DNA of 63,107 nt, filler included, from Octopus bimaculoides (GCF_001194135.2; 8 parts of 8 records of this genome joined end to end with filler, not necessarily neighbours in it); one strand, 5' to 3'; shown: positions 38,501 to 52,570, numbered from the whole stretch's first letter. Notes: generated by a model not told the origin, from the letters alone. Translations and numbers: made by a program.

Positions 38501-40185
38501 AAATAGTTCATTAAGAAAGTGAATGAGCTAATGAGAAAAATAAAATAATAAAATAAATAAATAAATAGGACGCGTATCACTAAAAGCCATAAATTCTACA
38601 ATACAAAAGAAATATTGCAAGGTAATTCCTTTTCATTGATTCTTTTATCATTGTTAATACTGGCTCCATCATTTAAAAATTCTGAATTCCCTTGGAAATA
38701 CTCATTCAATTGGTTGTAGATCTGCCGTCAAATTTACGTTATTTCAGAGACCTAATTTGAAACATTTATTCTCTTTGCCTTGCCTCTATCTTTCGTGCCG
38801 TCTTTCACCGAACTACAATGATCAAAACTGAAGATGTTCAATGATTTCAACTCTAACTTACGTAGCTAAGTGATGCATACACATTAGCAAAAATCTAAAT
38901 GTAATGCGAAAGCCGTAACAAAATAGTGTTCATCGAATATATATGTATGTATGTATGCATGCATGTATGTATGTATGTATGTATGTATGTGGGGGTGACT
39001 TTGTGTGTATATTTATTCGTGTGACTAGGGTGATTCTAAATAGGAAGTTTCAGAGAATCATAAAATGGATGCGACACAGATTACTAGAGTACAGGTAGAG
39101 AAGTACAAGCAGAAAACTACAAAATATTCGTTGCTTAGAAGGAAAGACCAAAGTGTGTATAAGCAATATTCAACCAACAAACATCAATTTTAATTCTTTG
39201 CAATATACTGGTGAGCACAGTAGTAAAACAAATTATGTGTTTTCTCCAGTCAAAGAAATCGGGAGATGTAATATAGAAACATAACATAGTGGTGTTTTAT
39301 TAAAGGGAAAAACTGTACAATTTATAATCGATATAGTAGTTCTTACACTGCGCAGTATTTCCCCACTAAAGCATTTCAGAAAATGGAAATTCACTCAGAA
39401 CTTTGTTTCGACCGATCAATTATATGGAAAAATATAAGACTTGCATAAGCAAGAGTAGATGAAATGTCACGCATTATTCTCATAAAATCTTCTTTGTACC
39501 TAAAACTACGACAACTAAAAACGAGGAAGCCTCTTGGTAAGAACTGCAGCCATTTCCGTCAAAAGTTAAACCGCATCTCTTTAAACAGTGACTGACATAT
39601 TAGAATATGTATAATTCTCAATAATTTTCAGGAGACGCTGTGGTTATGTCTAACACGGCCTTCTTCAAAGCTTTTCTCGGTCAGCTTGAAAATGGACAGA
39701 AAAAACTAAGGAATAAAACAACCATTAACACTACAAGGATACAAGAAAAAAGTACGTAGTAAAGTTATCTGCTAGAAAACACACACAAGTCACCTTGAAG
39801 TAGCATACTATCCCTTTCTGAAAGAAATAAACATTACATAATGCAGTCCTACATACGCCCGAAGTGACACAATGATAGTTTTTGAAAATCTTAGGTTCAT
39901 CGTAGAGGCGACGCTACACAATGTCAATAATAGCAAAGTACAACAGCCATCAACGATGTTCAAATAAGCATCACTTGGAAGAGAAAATTATTCTGGAAAA
40001 TTAAGATGTTATTCGCATTTATCAATGGTTAATGGATACATAAACGAAAGGGTACTATCTTTGAAATTCGAATGAGAAATTTTACCAAGCTTCTTCACAC
40101 CATATTTGCCTTGCTTGTTAACGATATTATATGGTTGAAGAATTTCGTTTAGGTAATCATACTATATATATACATATATACATAC

Positions 40186-40233
<48 letters not shown>

Positions 40234-40446
40234 TATATACTTTTATAAAACAAATTTTACAAAATATATAGTATCTGTTAACAGTCTTAGCCAAAAACTC
40301 ACAGTTGAGTTTTTGTATATATATATGTATACATGTCTCTTAAAGGNNNNNNNNNNNNNNNNNNNNNNNNNNNNNNNNNNNNNNNNNNNNTTAATTAATT
40401 AANNNNNNNNNNNNNNNNNNNNNNNNNNNNNNNNNNNNNNNNNNNN

Positions 40447-40485
<39 letters not shown>

Positions 40486-42139
40486 GTATAGAGAGAGAGA
40501 GAGAGTGAGAGAGATGTACATATCTGTGTGTTTAAAGTCTTTGTATAATTTTGAAATTTATTGCTTTAAAATTTGAAAAACTTGTCCAATTCTTGTCACC
40601 ATGGAAGTTTCTTTGAGGTGCCAAACAAATTTAGAAGCTGCTCCTCCACTTCTCTCCACATACTCATCAGAAATCAATCAGCTGATTATGTTAACGTAAT
40701 GTCAGTTCTCAGAATTTATAAGTGAAATTCTGGTGTCAATATGTCTTGTGTTTTTTTTTTTAATGTTGATTCTATTTATCTGTGTCTAAATTAGATACAT
40801 CAGACCAGATTTAATTTAGCCGGAATAATTCTGTTATGAGAAAACTCATCAAGGAATTTCATTGCTCATGATGTGTGTCTTATAGAAGTGATTTCCTCTT
40901 GTGTAACTCTTCTGTGTTTGTTGAAAACGTTCCTTACTGAGGGTCCCAGGCTGATTTAACTTCCTCTTGTGGTTGTGTTTGTCGCATTGAAGTATAAAGT
41001 ATATTTGGGGTGTGAGTGAGGGCAATTGTTTTTTAGTTTAACTCTTTAGCATTCAGATTATTTTGTCATATGTAGAGATTGTTTATTCTTATTGTTTTGA
41101 ATTTATCATGGATTATCTTGTAGCTTAGAGATTTCAAATCTGTGATTGTATGTTTTATGAACAACAGTGTAGGGTAGGTGGGAGAAGTGGGATCTGGCCA
41201 GTTTGAATATAAACGAGGAAGAATATTTGGTCTGGACTTGACTGATTAAAATGTTAAAGGGTTAAATGAAGGGGGAAAAATATAAACTTAATTTTCAGTA
41301 CAAAAAGGTACTCTTGAGGTAGCAAACATAATTTTGTGTGGGGTAAGAGTGTGTGTGTGTTTGGATGTATGTGTAAGTGTGTGTGTATGTGTGTATCAAA
41401 GTATTGTCACACGAAGGAGGTGTGAATAAACAGTTGTCGTTATTTGGAATTGAAATGAAGGCCGCAGATTGGCGGAATTGTCTGAACATCTAACAAAATA
41501 CCTCGTGGTATTTAGAAATGTCTCTTTAGGTTCTGAGTTCATATCTTGTGAAAGTCAACTTTGCTTTTAATTTCTGTGGGGTTGATAAATAAAGTACCAA
41601 TCAAGTACTAGAATCAGTGATGTTGACTAACCTCACATCTCTCAAGAATTTCTGCTGCCAAGTCTAAATAAAAAACCATTTTTTTGGAATTGTTTGTTTA
41701 TCAAACTTTTACAAGTTAAAGAATTTATTGGTATCTTTCTGTTCTGTTTAACACAAGAAAACAAAAGGAATTAACAAAATGAAGAACAACAAACTAGAAA
41801 ATATTAATTTATATCAGTTTATTGAAATCATTTGCTTTCTCCATTATTTTCTCATTTCAGTTGTTGTTGTTGTTATCAACACCATCAGCAAATGCTCTCC
41901 AAGGGTAACATTTATCCCCCATATGGTTGTAGTTGTGGATATTTCTTTCACAATATCCAGTAGTGATGGTCAGTTCTGAAATGGTGAATTCTGTTGCTTT
42001 TGCTACCCTATTCAGAAAGTTCCTTTTCTCTCTCTCTCTTTTTTTAATTATGGAGGTGATGACAAGTGACCAACACTTCTGGTGATTTGCTATGATTAAG
42101 AAGACATGTGAAGCTAAGTAAAATCATGATTGTGGTGAC

Positions 42140-42315
42140 GTATGAATGGCACCTGTGCCAGTGACATGTAGAAGACAGCCAGTACATCCTGTGGAATGGT
42201 TGGCACTAAGAAGGGTGTCTAGCTGTAGAACCCAAGCTGAAACAGACAACTGGACAAACCGTCTAACCATGCCAGCATGGAAAATGGACATTAATGATGA
42301 TGATGATGATGATAT
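42140..42315 (+). mobile_element. Decayed RTE 3' UTR with (GAT)n tail
   Basis: GTGCCAGTGACATGTAGAAG...TGGTTGGCACTAAGAAGGG...GCCAGCATGGAAAATGGACATTAATGATGATG. Confidence 0.65.
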
Positions 42316-42575
42316 AGAATATTAAACTCATAAAAATATTCATTTCAAATTTTGGCACAAGGCCAGCAATTTGTGAGGGGGGGGAGAGTAAGTCGATTAT
42401 ATTGTCTCCAGTGCAACCCCAGCTGGTACATTGAACTTATGAAAATATTGGCATCATAATTAGGTATGCCTCTATGGTTGTTCATCAATGGTAAAACTTA
42501 CCTGTCATATCATAATTACCTGTTGATTTAGTTACTGACTTAGGTTGTTCCAAACCATTTTCTTGGGAGAATTTT

Positions 42576-42848
42576 ATGGCTGTAGCAATTAAGAGTATGA
42601 AGACCGGGAAAGCCCCCGGCCCATCAGGAATCACTGCAGAGATGCTCAAAATATCTGGCAGTGTTGGCTATAGCCTAGTCACCCGTATTACGAACCAGGT
42701 GATACACGAAGGAGTCATACCCAATGACTGGTGTAGCAGCATCATAGTCAACTGCTACAAAGGTAAAGGGGACGCTTTAGATACAAATAATTACAGAGGC
42801 ATCAAGCTGTTAGATCAGGTTATGAAAGTTACAGAGAGGGTCATAGCC
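42576..42848 (+). mobile_element. RTE-clade reverse transcriptase N-terminal fragment, running into a gap
   Basis: AIKSMKTGKAPGPSGITAEMLK...IPNDWCSSIIVNCYKGKGDALDTNNYRGIKLLDQVMKVTERVI. Confidence 0.92.
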
Positions 42849-44439
42849 NNNNNNNNNNNNNNNNNNNNNNNNNNNNNNNNNNNNNNNNNNNNNNNNNNNN
42901 NNNNNNNNNNNNNNNNNNNNNNNNNNNNNNNNNNNNNNNNNNNNNNNNNNNNNNNNNNNNNNNNNNNNNNNNNNNNNNNNNNNNNNNNNNNNNNNNNNNN
43001 NNNNNNNNNNNNNNNNNNNNNNNNNNNNNNNNNNNNNNNNNNNNNNNNNNNNNNNNNNNNNNNNNNNNNNNNNNNNNNNNNNNNNNNNNNNNNNNNNNNN
43101 NNNNNNNNNNNNNNNNNNNNNNNNNNNNNNNNNNNNNNNNNNNNNNNNNNNNNNNNNNNNNNNNNNNNNNNNNNNNNNNNNNNNNNNNNNNNNNNNNNNN
43201 NNNNNNNNNNNNNNNNNNNNNNNNNNNNNNNNNNNNNNNNNNNNNNNNNNNNNNNNNNNNNNNNNNNNNNNNNNNNNNNNNNNNNNNNNNNNNNNNNNNN
43301 NNNNNNNNNNNNNNNNNNNNNNNNNNNNNNNNNNNNNNNNNNNNNNNNNNNNTCCTATTATGAAATGCTGAATTTAGTTGTGGCATACTCTAGTTCAGTA
43401 TAACAGAGGCATATATTCTAGCATCTGGTGTCCACCCTGGAGGTTAACTATCATAAGGGAGATAATCTCATCTAGATTAAGTTAAACTGAGGTGGGTTTG
43501 AAAGTTTGAAATTCACATTGAAAAGTAAAGAAAGTGTACAGAGTATACACATTTAATATTTAATATATTTTTTCTACACATTTTATTCTAGCTTGTACAG
43601 CAAAAATCTTGATGGCAAGATAATGTTCTTGGCACTGACATGAATTTTTAGTATATTTTTTTTGTCTGTTAAAGTATTTCTTCCTCAATTTCATTCAGAA
43701 AACTTTCCTCTGCAATTTTCTTCTTATCTCAGCCAAAATATTTATAGAACATAGAATCGGCCATTTCCTGCATTGTCTTCTTTTACTAGAGTTCCAAATC
43801 ATCTGCTTCTCTGGTCAGGCTTCCTCAATTCTTGCAGTTCTTCTCTCCAAAGGACATCTGAATTATTTTGTTAAACTTCTGGACAATACTATGGAGACTC
43901 CAAAGTTAGAGACCAGTTTTAGAATACAATGTTGGATCATCTACTATAAAAGGGTGGTGGATGAGCCCAGTGCAGTACCCTAAATCGCTTTTCAAATATG
44001 GATTAGCAGCATTAGTGTTGTAAACATTGTCAAACACACATTCTCAGTGTATGTGCTTTGCATGTTTACCAGGAGGCTGCACAGCACCAAATTGCATCAT
44101 ACCAAATTGCACCGCACAGAATCACAACCTACAAGCAAACAAGCAAAGCACATACATTGAGTATGAGTGGTCAATTGATTGTTTTTATTTTTATATTTTT
44201 TTATTGGCCAGCTTCAAAATAACAAACACAGGATTAAAGCTGCCATGATGTACTGTCACTTTGGAAAATCTCCAAAGATATTCCTGTCAAACTGGAACAT
44301 ACATTCTTGTCTGTTCTTGGTGAATTTAAAAGCTATCTGCTTTCTCTTCATTGTTATTTGAACAAAATGTGCCCTTCTGTATCCTAGTTTCATCAGATTG
44401 ATGTATCTCTAGCAGCTTGAAAAATCAGTCATGTAGCAG

Positions 44440-44792
44440 TCAAATGCTACTTGACTGCTACTTTATTTCATCAACCCTGAAAAGATGAAAAGCAAAGTCG
44501 ACCTCAGTGGAATTTGAACTCAGAATGTAAGGATTCAAAGCATTTCATTTGATGTTCAAATAATTCTGTCAATAATAATGATAATCATAATAATAATAAT
44601 CCTTTCTACTAAAGGCACAAGGCTTGAAATTTGGGGGAGAGGGATAATCGATTACATCAACCCCAGTGTCTCACTGGTACTTAATTTATCAACCTCAAAA
44701 GGATGAAAGACAAAGTCGACCTTGGCGGAATTTGAACTCAGAATGTAAAGACAGACGAAATACTGCTAAGCATTTTGCCCAGCGTGCTAACG
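44440..44792 (-). mobile_element. Two SINE C copies separated by (AAT)n
   Basis: GATGAAAAGCAAAGTCGACC...ATTTGAACTCAGAATGTAA occurs twice. Confidence 0.85.
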
Positions 44793-45343
44793 NNNNNNNN
44801 NNNNNNNNNNNNNNNNNNNNNNNNNNNNNNNNNNNNNNNNNNNNNNNNNNNNNNNNNNNNNNNNNNNNNNNNNNNNNNNNNNNNNNNNNNNNNNNNNNNN
44901 NNNNNNNNNNNNNNNNNNNNNNNNNNNNNNNNNNNNNNNNNNNNNNNNNNNNNNNNNNNNNNNNNNNNNNNNNNNNNNNNNNNNNNNNNNNNNNNNNNNN
45001 NNNNNNNNNNNNNNNNNNNNNNNNNNNNNNNNNNNNNNNNNNNNNNNNNNNNNNNNNNNNNNNNNNNNNNNNNNNNNNNNNNNNNNNNNNNNNNNNNNNN
45101 NNNNNNNNNNNNNNNNNNNNNNNNNNNNNNNNNNNNNNNNNNNNNNNNNNNNNNNNNNNNNNNNNNNNNNNNNNNNNNNNNNNNNNNNNNNNNNNNNNNN
45201 NNNNNNNNNNNNNNNNNNNNNNNNNNNNNNNNNNNNNNNNNNNNNNNNNNNNNNNNNNNNNNNNNNNNNNNNNNNNNNNNNNNNNNNNNNNNNNNNNNNN
45301 NNNNNNNNNNNNNNNNNNNNNNNNNNNNNNNNNNNNNNNNNNN

Positions 45344-45626
45344 ACTCGAATGTTGAATCTAAAAACAGAAACAATTCCTATCATAGTAGGTGCCTTAGGT
45401 ATAATAAAAAAATATTCAGACAAATACATAACAAAAACACCAGGACTTACAAATATATATAACATACAGAAAATTGCACTACTGGGCACTGCACACATCC
45501 TACGCAATACACTTTCAATACAGTAACCATAAGAGCATCACAGCAAACCACAGCACATACCCAAGGCACACAGAGCTGCGCTCGGTAGTGAAGTGAAAGC
45601 ACGTTATAAAAACAAAACTACTGAAC
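45344..45626 (+). mobile_element. Second RLE-type (R4/Dong-like) LINE 3' end, a different family from 31224
   Basis: LNLKTETIPIIVGALGIIKK...IQKIALLGTAHILRNTLSIQ* (stop at 45526); short UTR, then (AAT)n. Confidence 0.88.
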
Positions 45627-45664
<38 letters not shown>

Positions 45665-45675
45665 CAACAACGATA

Positions 45676-46440
45676 ATGGTTTCAAATTTTGGCACAAGGC
45701 CAATAACTTTAGGGGAAGGGCTAAGTTGATTACATCAACCCCTGCCCCATTGCTTAACTAGTAGTTATTTTTTTCGAACCCAAGAAGATAAAAGTTAACC
45801 TCGGTGGCATTTGAACTCAGAACCTAAAGCCAGACCAAAGGCCACTAAGCATTTTGCCCAATGTGCTAACAATTCTTACCAATAATTATAATAATCTTCT
45901 CTACTATAGGTACAAGGCCTGAATTTTTTGGGGAGGGGTGCTTGTTGATTACATTGACCCCAGTGTTCCACTGGTACTCATTTCATTGACCCTGAAAGGA
46001 TGAAAGGCAAAGCCAATCTTGGTGGCATTTGAACTCAGAACAATCAATAATATCAATAATGGTAATAAGGAGGTGAGCTAGTAGAATCATTAGCACGCCG
46101 GCCGAAATGCTTAGTGGTATTTCATCTGTCTTTACGTTCTGAATTCAAATTCTGGTAAGGTCAACTTTGCCTTTCATCTTTTCAGGGTCGATAAATTAAG
46201 TACCAGTTGCATACTGGTGTTGATCTAATCGACTGGCCCCCTCCCCCAACATTTTGGGCCTTGTGCTTAGAGAAGAAAAGAATAATAATAATGGTAATAA
46301 TCTTGCTAATTCTGGCAGAGGAGAAGGCAGGCTGATTAAACAAGCCCCAGCATTTATCTGGTACTTTATTCTATCGACCCTAAAAGGTTGGAAGGCTAAG
46401 TTGACCTCAGCAGGATTTGAACTCACAACATAAAGTGCCA
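45676..46440. mobile_element. Stack of four SINE C copies (-, -, +, -) separated by AAT tracts
   Basis: Family C segments at about 45676-45870, 45896-46040, 46066-46277 and 46310-46440. Confidence 0.85.
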
Positions 46441-46700
46441 GAAAAAATGCCACCGAAGGGTTAACCAATCCAATCAATCCCTGTTCTTGTAAATAATTCT
46501 ACCAGTTGGCGTTGGTAAGGATTGAACTTGGAGCATAAAGAATCAGAAGAAGTACTAAAAGAATAGTCTATCCGATGCTCTACTCACTCTACCTGCTCAC
46601 TGTTATCGACAACACTTAATCCTAATCATTTACATCATCACTGTCATAATTATCAACGTATCTATTATAATATTTATTGTTATTAATGTTAATATTTATT

Positions 46701-46738
<38 letters not shown>

Positions 46739-47106
46739 NNNNNNNNNNNNNNNNNNNNNNNNNNNNNNNNNNNNNNNNNNNNNNNNNNNNNNNNNNNNNN
46801 NNNNNNNNNNNNNNNNNNNNNNNNNNNNNNNNNNNNNNNNNNNNNNNNNNNNNNNNNNNNNNNNNNNNNNNNNNNNNNNNNNNNNNNNNNNNNNNNNNNN
46901 NNNNNNNNNNNNNNNNNNNNNNNNNNNNNNNNNNNNNNNNNNNNNNNNNNNNNNNNNNNNNNNNNNNNNNNNNNNNNNNNNNNNNNNNNNNNNNNNNNNN
47001 NNNNNNNNNNNNNNNNNNNNNNNNNNNNNNNNNNNNNNNNNNNNNNNNNNNNNNNNNNNNNNNNNNNNNNNNNNNNNNNNNNNNNNNNNNNNNNNNNNNN
47101 NNNNNN

Positions 47107-47175
<69 letters not shown>

Positions 47176-48070
47176 GTGTCTGTATGTGTGTGTGTGTGTA
47201 TGTGCTTGTGTGTGTATATATGCATCTGTATATATGTGGTTTTGAGTGTCTGTATGTGTGTGTATATGCATGTATGTGTATATGTGTGTATGTTTATACG
47301 TGTCTATATATGTGTGTGTGTCTGTATGTGTTGGGTATCTGTACGTGTGTGTGTGTATGTGTGTCAGGGTGGGGATGGGTTGAGGCTAAGTCTCTTGTAA
47401 TTTAAAGACAAAAAGAAAACCATTTCTTCTTAGACAACCGAATAAAAAACACATAAAAACACCCTCCTTCCATTATTTATCTCCGTTGGTCAGTTGTATA
47501 AGTTTAAGTGTGTATTTACGTGTGTTGGCGGGGTGGGGATGTAAACAGCGACTGTGTATATTGAATGGTGGTGGTGGGGAAGGGGATTGCAATGGTGAAA
47601 GAAACTGAAAAAAAAAAACCCCTAAATAACCAAAAAGAAACAAAAGAGAAAATGTTTTCAATAAACCTACGAGGATTGCTCTGTAATTAAACTTGTCCAA
47701 GTTTAAAAATTTACATATAATGGCTGTTTTGTTTCTCCCTTTTTTGCTTTTGTTTTTATATATTTTTTTGGTGGTGTTGGTGGTAGTGGCAGTGATGGTA
47801 GTGGCAGCTGTGGTGTTGGTTCTGGTAGTGGTGCTGGTGGTGGTGTTGGGCAAAGGATTGAGAAAATTGTTTTTGGTGAAATTTCGTGCTTTTCTAATTT
47901 TTATTTTTTAAAAATTTTCCTGTGTTTTTTCGTTTCTTTTTCTTTCTTATTGAGTAACAAACAACAACTGTTGATGATGGAAGTCTGGGTGTTTTTTGTC
48001 TTTTATTTATTATCATTGTCTACATTTTTGTTTCTTTGAGTATGTATGTGTTCTTGTATGTGTGCGTGTA

Positions 48071-48101
<31 letters not shown>

Positions 48102-48744
48102 GTGTGTGTGTCTGTGTTTTGATAATTTGTTCAGTCAAAAAATTGAAGAAAAAAAGCCATTAATAATAGTAATAATAATAATACTACTACTAATAATAAT
48201 TGTAATAATAATACTAATACTAATAATACATATAATAATAATAATAATGATAATAATAATAATAGTAGTAGTAGTAGTTGTAAGAAGAAGAATGATGGTA
48301 TTGATGGTAAAAATTATAGTAATGATAATTGACGGATGCTAATGATATTGATAAAACAGATAGGAATCTGAAAGGGGAGATTGCGAGGAAGAAAAGATAT
48401 TAAAATCCTAAATGAAGACCGACAAAAACAACAAATAATGGTTGTAAAGATAACGAAACATTGAAAGAAGTGTATGATTAGATACTCATAATTTGTAGAG
48501 TGTACAATAGATATATGTATATATACATGTACTTGTGTGTGTGTGTGTGTGTATGTATGTGTGTGTGTGTATGTATGTGTGTGTATATATCTGTGTTTGT
48601 GTGTATATGCATATATGTATGTATATAGATATTTGTATATATNNNNNNNNNNNNNNNNNNNNNNNNNNNNNNNNNNNNNNNNNNNNTTAATTAATTAANN
48701 NNNNNNNNNNNNNNNNNNNNNNNNNNNNNNNNNNNNNNNNNNAT

Positions 48745-49380
48745 ATCCTCTATCTTTACGTCCTGAGTTCAAATTCCACCGAGGTCGACTTTGCCTTCAT
48801 CATTTCGGGGTCGATAAATTAAGTACTAGTTGCGTACTGGGGTTGATCTAATCGACTGGCTCCCTCCCCCAAAATTTCGGGCCTTGTGCCTAGAGTAGAA
48901 AAGAATCGTTATCACGCCGGGTGATATGTTTAGCGGCACATCGTTTATAGCGGCCTTTACGTTCTGGGTTCAAATTCCGCCGAGGTTGACTTTGCCTTTC
49001 ATCCTTTCGAGGTAGCTAAATTAAGTACCAGTGAAACAGTGAAACACTGAGGCGATGTAATCGATTAGTCCCCTCTCCCCAAATTTCAGGCCTTGTGCCT
49101 TTAAAAGAAAGGGTGGTGGCTGGCCGGTCAAAATACTTAACGCCATTTTGTCTACCCTTACGTTCTAAGTTCAAATTCCGTCGCGGTCGACTTTGCCTTT
49201 CATCTTTCCGGGGTCGATGAAATATGTACCAATCGTTGACTATACCCCTTCTTCAAAAATTCAGGCCTTGTGCCAAAATTAGAAAGAATTTACAATGGTT
49301 TAAAAGTTTGGCATCAGGCCACTAATTTAGGACAGGAAGGGTAGCCGAACACATGAACCCCAGTACTCGAGTAGTACTTT
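48745..49380. mobile_element. Three head-to-tail SINE C copies (+) plus a reversed tail fragment
   Basis: GTTCAAATTCC...GCCTTTCATC...GGCCTTGTGCC occurs three times; first junction AGAAT|CGTTATCACGCC at 48906. Confidence 0.88.
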
Positions 49381-49454
49381 ATTTTATGGGTCTCAGTAAA
49401 GATACTAACTCAACCCGTGTCTTATATGCTAGTCGTTTCTTTCTTTTATTTTTT

Positions 49455-49840
49455 TTATTTGTTTCAGTTATTTGACTGCGGCTATGCTGGAGCACCACAT
49501 TTAGTCGAGCAAATCGACTCCAGGACTTATACTTAGTAAGCCTAGTACTTATTCTATTGGTCTCTCTTGCCGAACCGCTAAGTGACGGGGATGTAAACAC
49601 ACCAGCATCAGTTGCCAAGCGATTTGGGGGGGACAGACACAGACACACAAACATATACATACATATATACATGTGTATACAACGAGCTTCTTTCAGTTTC
49701 CGTTTACCAAATCCACTCACAAGGCTTTGGTCGGCCCGAGGGTATAGTAGAAGACACTTGCCCAAGGTGCCACGCAGTGGGACTGAACCCAGAACCATGT
49801 GGTTGGTAAACGTGCTACTTACCATACTGCCACTCCTGTA
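49455..49840 (-). mobile_element. SINE family A, full length
   Basis: Reverse complement of the 4509-4880 architecture. Confidence 0.9.
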
Positions 49841-50009
49841 CCGATGTATACAGTTACAACATATAACATATATCCTAGAAGACACGTTTAACTTATGTCT
49901 TTTGTGACACAGCATGTAACCTACGCATAGTGTGTAACACACGTTACACACTGCGTAAAACATATGTGCTTTAAATACTGTGTAATATAACAAAGTCGCG
50001 AACTAAAAG

Positions 50010-51190
50010 AACCGTTAGCGCGTCGGACAAAATGCTTAGCGGCATTTCGTCAGATGTTACGTTCTGGGTTCAAATTCCTCTGAGATCGACTTTGTCTTTC
50101 ATCGTTCCGGGGTCGATAAAATAAGTATCAGCTGAGCGCTGAGGTCGCTGTAATCGATTTATCCCCATCTCCCGAAATTGCTGGACTTGTGCCAAAATTT
50201 GAAACCAGTAAAACATACAAGGCAGCGAGCTGGCAGAATCGTTAGCGCGTCGGACAAAATGCTCATTACGTTCTGAGTTCAAATCCTTTTGAGGTCAGCT
50301 TTGCCTTTTGTTCTTTTGGGATCAATGAAATAAAGCACCCGTCAAGTACTGGAGTCGGTGTGATAGATCTGATCGACTGTCCCGCTCCTCCAAAATGTCG
50401 GGCCTTGTGCCTAGAGCAGAAAAGAATATGAAGCTATGTGTAACATGAGTTTTATATTGTGTAACAAAACACTTATATATTGCGTAACACTGGTACCTTG
50501 TATACAGGGCAGCTCAACATAACATATTGTTAGCTTTGGATTTAATGACCTGTATTGAGTACATTTACATTTCTGTATTACTTATGAAATAGTGTAAACC
50601 AGAAAACTGCGTTTGGCTCTGGTATTTTTCAGTATTAATTCATGAGAAGTGAAATAACATTGTTATGGGGTATTTTTATTGTTATTGTTATTTGAACTCA
50701 AAATAATACTATTTAAAAATAGCATTTTACATTTCCTCTTTGTCAGTTGTTCTATTATAGTAAACGTGCTTAGGCGGCGAGCAGGTAGGATGGCCGGCAC
50801 GTCGGACAAAATGCTTAGATGCATTTCTTCCGGTTTTTTGGGGGTTTTTTTTTACGTTCTGAGTTCAAATTCCGCAGAGGTCGACTTTGCTTTTCATCCT
50901 TTTGGGGTCGATAAAATAAGTAACAGTTACACACTGGGGTCGATCTAATCGACTGACTCCTTTCTTTAAATTCTCTGGCCTTGGACCAAAATTCGATAGA
51001 ATTATAGACGTGTGAAAAGTAGCGAGTTGGCAGAATCGGTAGCGTGTCGAACAAAATGCTTAACGGCATTTCCTCCGGCTCTTTACGTTCCGAGTTCAAG
51101 TACGCCTAAGGCGATAAAATACAGTACCGGTCAAGTAATAGAGTCGATATAATCGGTTAATCCCCGAGGCCTGGTGCTAAAATTTGAAAC
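50010..51190 (+). mobile_element. Four SINE C copies (about 50010-50210, 50220-50430, 50775-51000, 51020-51190)
   Basis: Recurring CGTTAGC...AAATGCTTA...GTTCAAAT...GGGGTCGATAAAATAAGTA. Confidence 0.85.
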
Positions 51191-52223
51191 ATTTATAGTT
51201 GAAATGTAAACGGAGATTATTGAACAAGACTGTATGAGAGGGTGGTGGTGGTGGTGGTGGTGATGGTAAATTTCCTTTGGAAAGTTGCTAAGGGTTAAAC
51301 GGCGCGAAAAAAAATGGGGTTACAAACCCCTATTTTAACACATGTAACTTCTAGATTTGGTGGAACGATTAAGGGAGTTGAATATGGTAATAAAAAATGT
51401 GATTTGTGTATCTGTGTCATGTCACATATAATGCCTTCAGGTGTATATGAAATATACACAAACAACTATATTTAAGCACTTATACACACCTATGCATAAA
51501 CACACAGTTGCATATATATCTATATATATATACATGTATGTATGTATATGTATGTATATGCATGTATGTATGTATGTATGCTTGTATGTACGAACGTACG
51601 TACGTACGTATGTATGTATGTATGCATATTCGTTTTCTCTTTTTAATTTAGAATAAATTTTGACCGACCGCCTGCTTTGTCTTGCAGATTTTTGTAATCC
51701 CAGGCATCGCCTTCATTTGTATGAATGAATTAAGGTTTTTCTCATATATAATTTTTCTTTGAGTTTCATTTAAGTCCTTCTTGAGAGTGTTCAAGCCGGT
51801 CGCTAACAAAGCGACAAAGCTTTTTGAATCGAAAGTTCCCGGTGTTTGTAAATATGTGGTTGAGTTAGTGTGTTGGTTGAACTGGAGAATCCGTATTAGT
51901 TTCTTTAACTCTTTTTTCGAAAAACACAGTACTTCTAGGTGTTTGTATAAATTTGTATGTATGTCATTGTTCAGTTTTATTTCAATATATCTTGCCAATA
52001 GAGAAAAAGCCGGTTTCTAACCAAGATCCAAGGCTCTTCATTGGAATACCAACATCAAAAACAGAGTAGTTTTGTTTGTATGCCTGTCAGTATGTATGTA
52101 TGTATATGCACAGGTTTGTATGTTTTGTTTTATGTATGTACTCCCATGCATATAGTTGCATTTCTAGACATGCTCATATATTATTTATTTTGATGGATAT
52201 TTGTCCTCATCTTGTTTGTTGTT

Positions 52224-52269
52224 AACACAACGTTTCGGCTGAAATACCCTCCAGCCTTCATCGGGTGTC
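52224..52269 (-). ncRNA. Minimal hammerhead fold, left arm (U4 changed to C)
   Basis: GACAC-CCGATGA-A-GGCTG(GAGGGTATTT)CAGCC-GAA-ACGT-T-GTGTT. Confidence 0.6.
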
Positions 52270-52324
52270 TTGGGGAAGTTTCAAACCTGGATTCTCATTC
52301 CTAAGGTATTTTTCGATGTTGTTG

Positions 52325-52355
<31 letters not shown>

Positions 52356-52524
52356 CATTATTATGCCCACGGGCATATGGCGTAGTGGTTAAGAGCGCGG
52401 GCTACTAATCCCAAGATTCCAAGTTCGATTCCAGGCAGTGACCTGAATAATAAAAAAAATACTAATAATAATAACATCGAAAAATACCTTAGGAATGAGA
52501 ACCCAGGTTCGAAACTTCCCCCAA

Positions 52525-52570
52525 GACACCTGATAAAGTCTGGAGGGTATATCTGCCGAAACGTTGTCTC
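52525..52570 (+). ncRNA. Minimal hammerhead fold, right arm (G8 changed to A; stem mismatches)
   Basis: GACAC-CTGATAA-A-GTCTG(GAGGGTATAT)CTGCC-GAA-ACGT-T-GTCTC. Confidence 0.5.

Noticed and set aside
36700-40130. A-rich strand-biased block with faint Ty3/gypsy protease and RT hints (GKTVQFIID near 39305)
   Set aside because: Too decayed to support a call; needs a frameshift-aware HMM search.
52371-52443. Possible tRNA gene (anticodon loop CTACTAA), and similar heads at 12369 and 60645
   Set aside because: Acceptor and anticodon stems pair poorly, there is no adjacent terminator, and each is fused to a repeat body. They are tRNA-derived heads.
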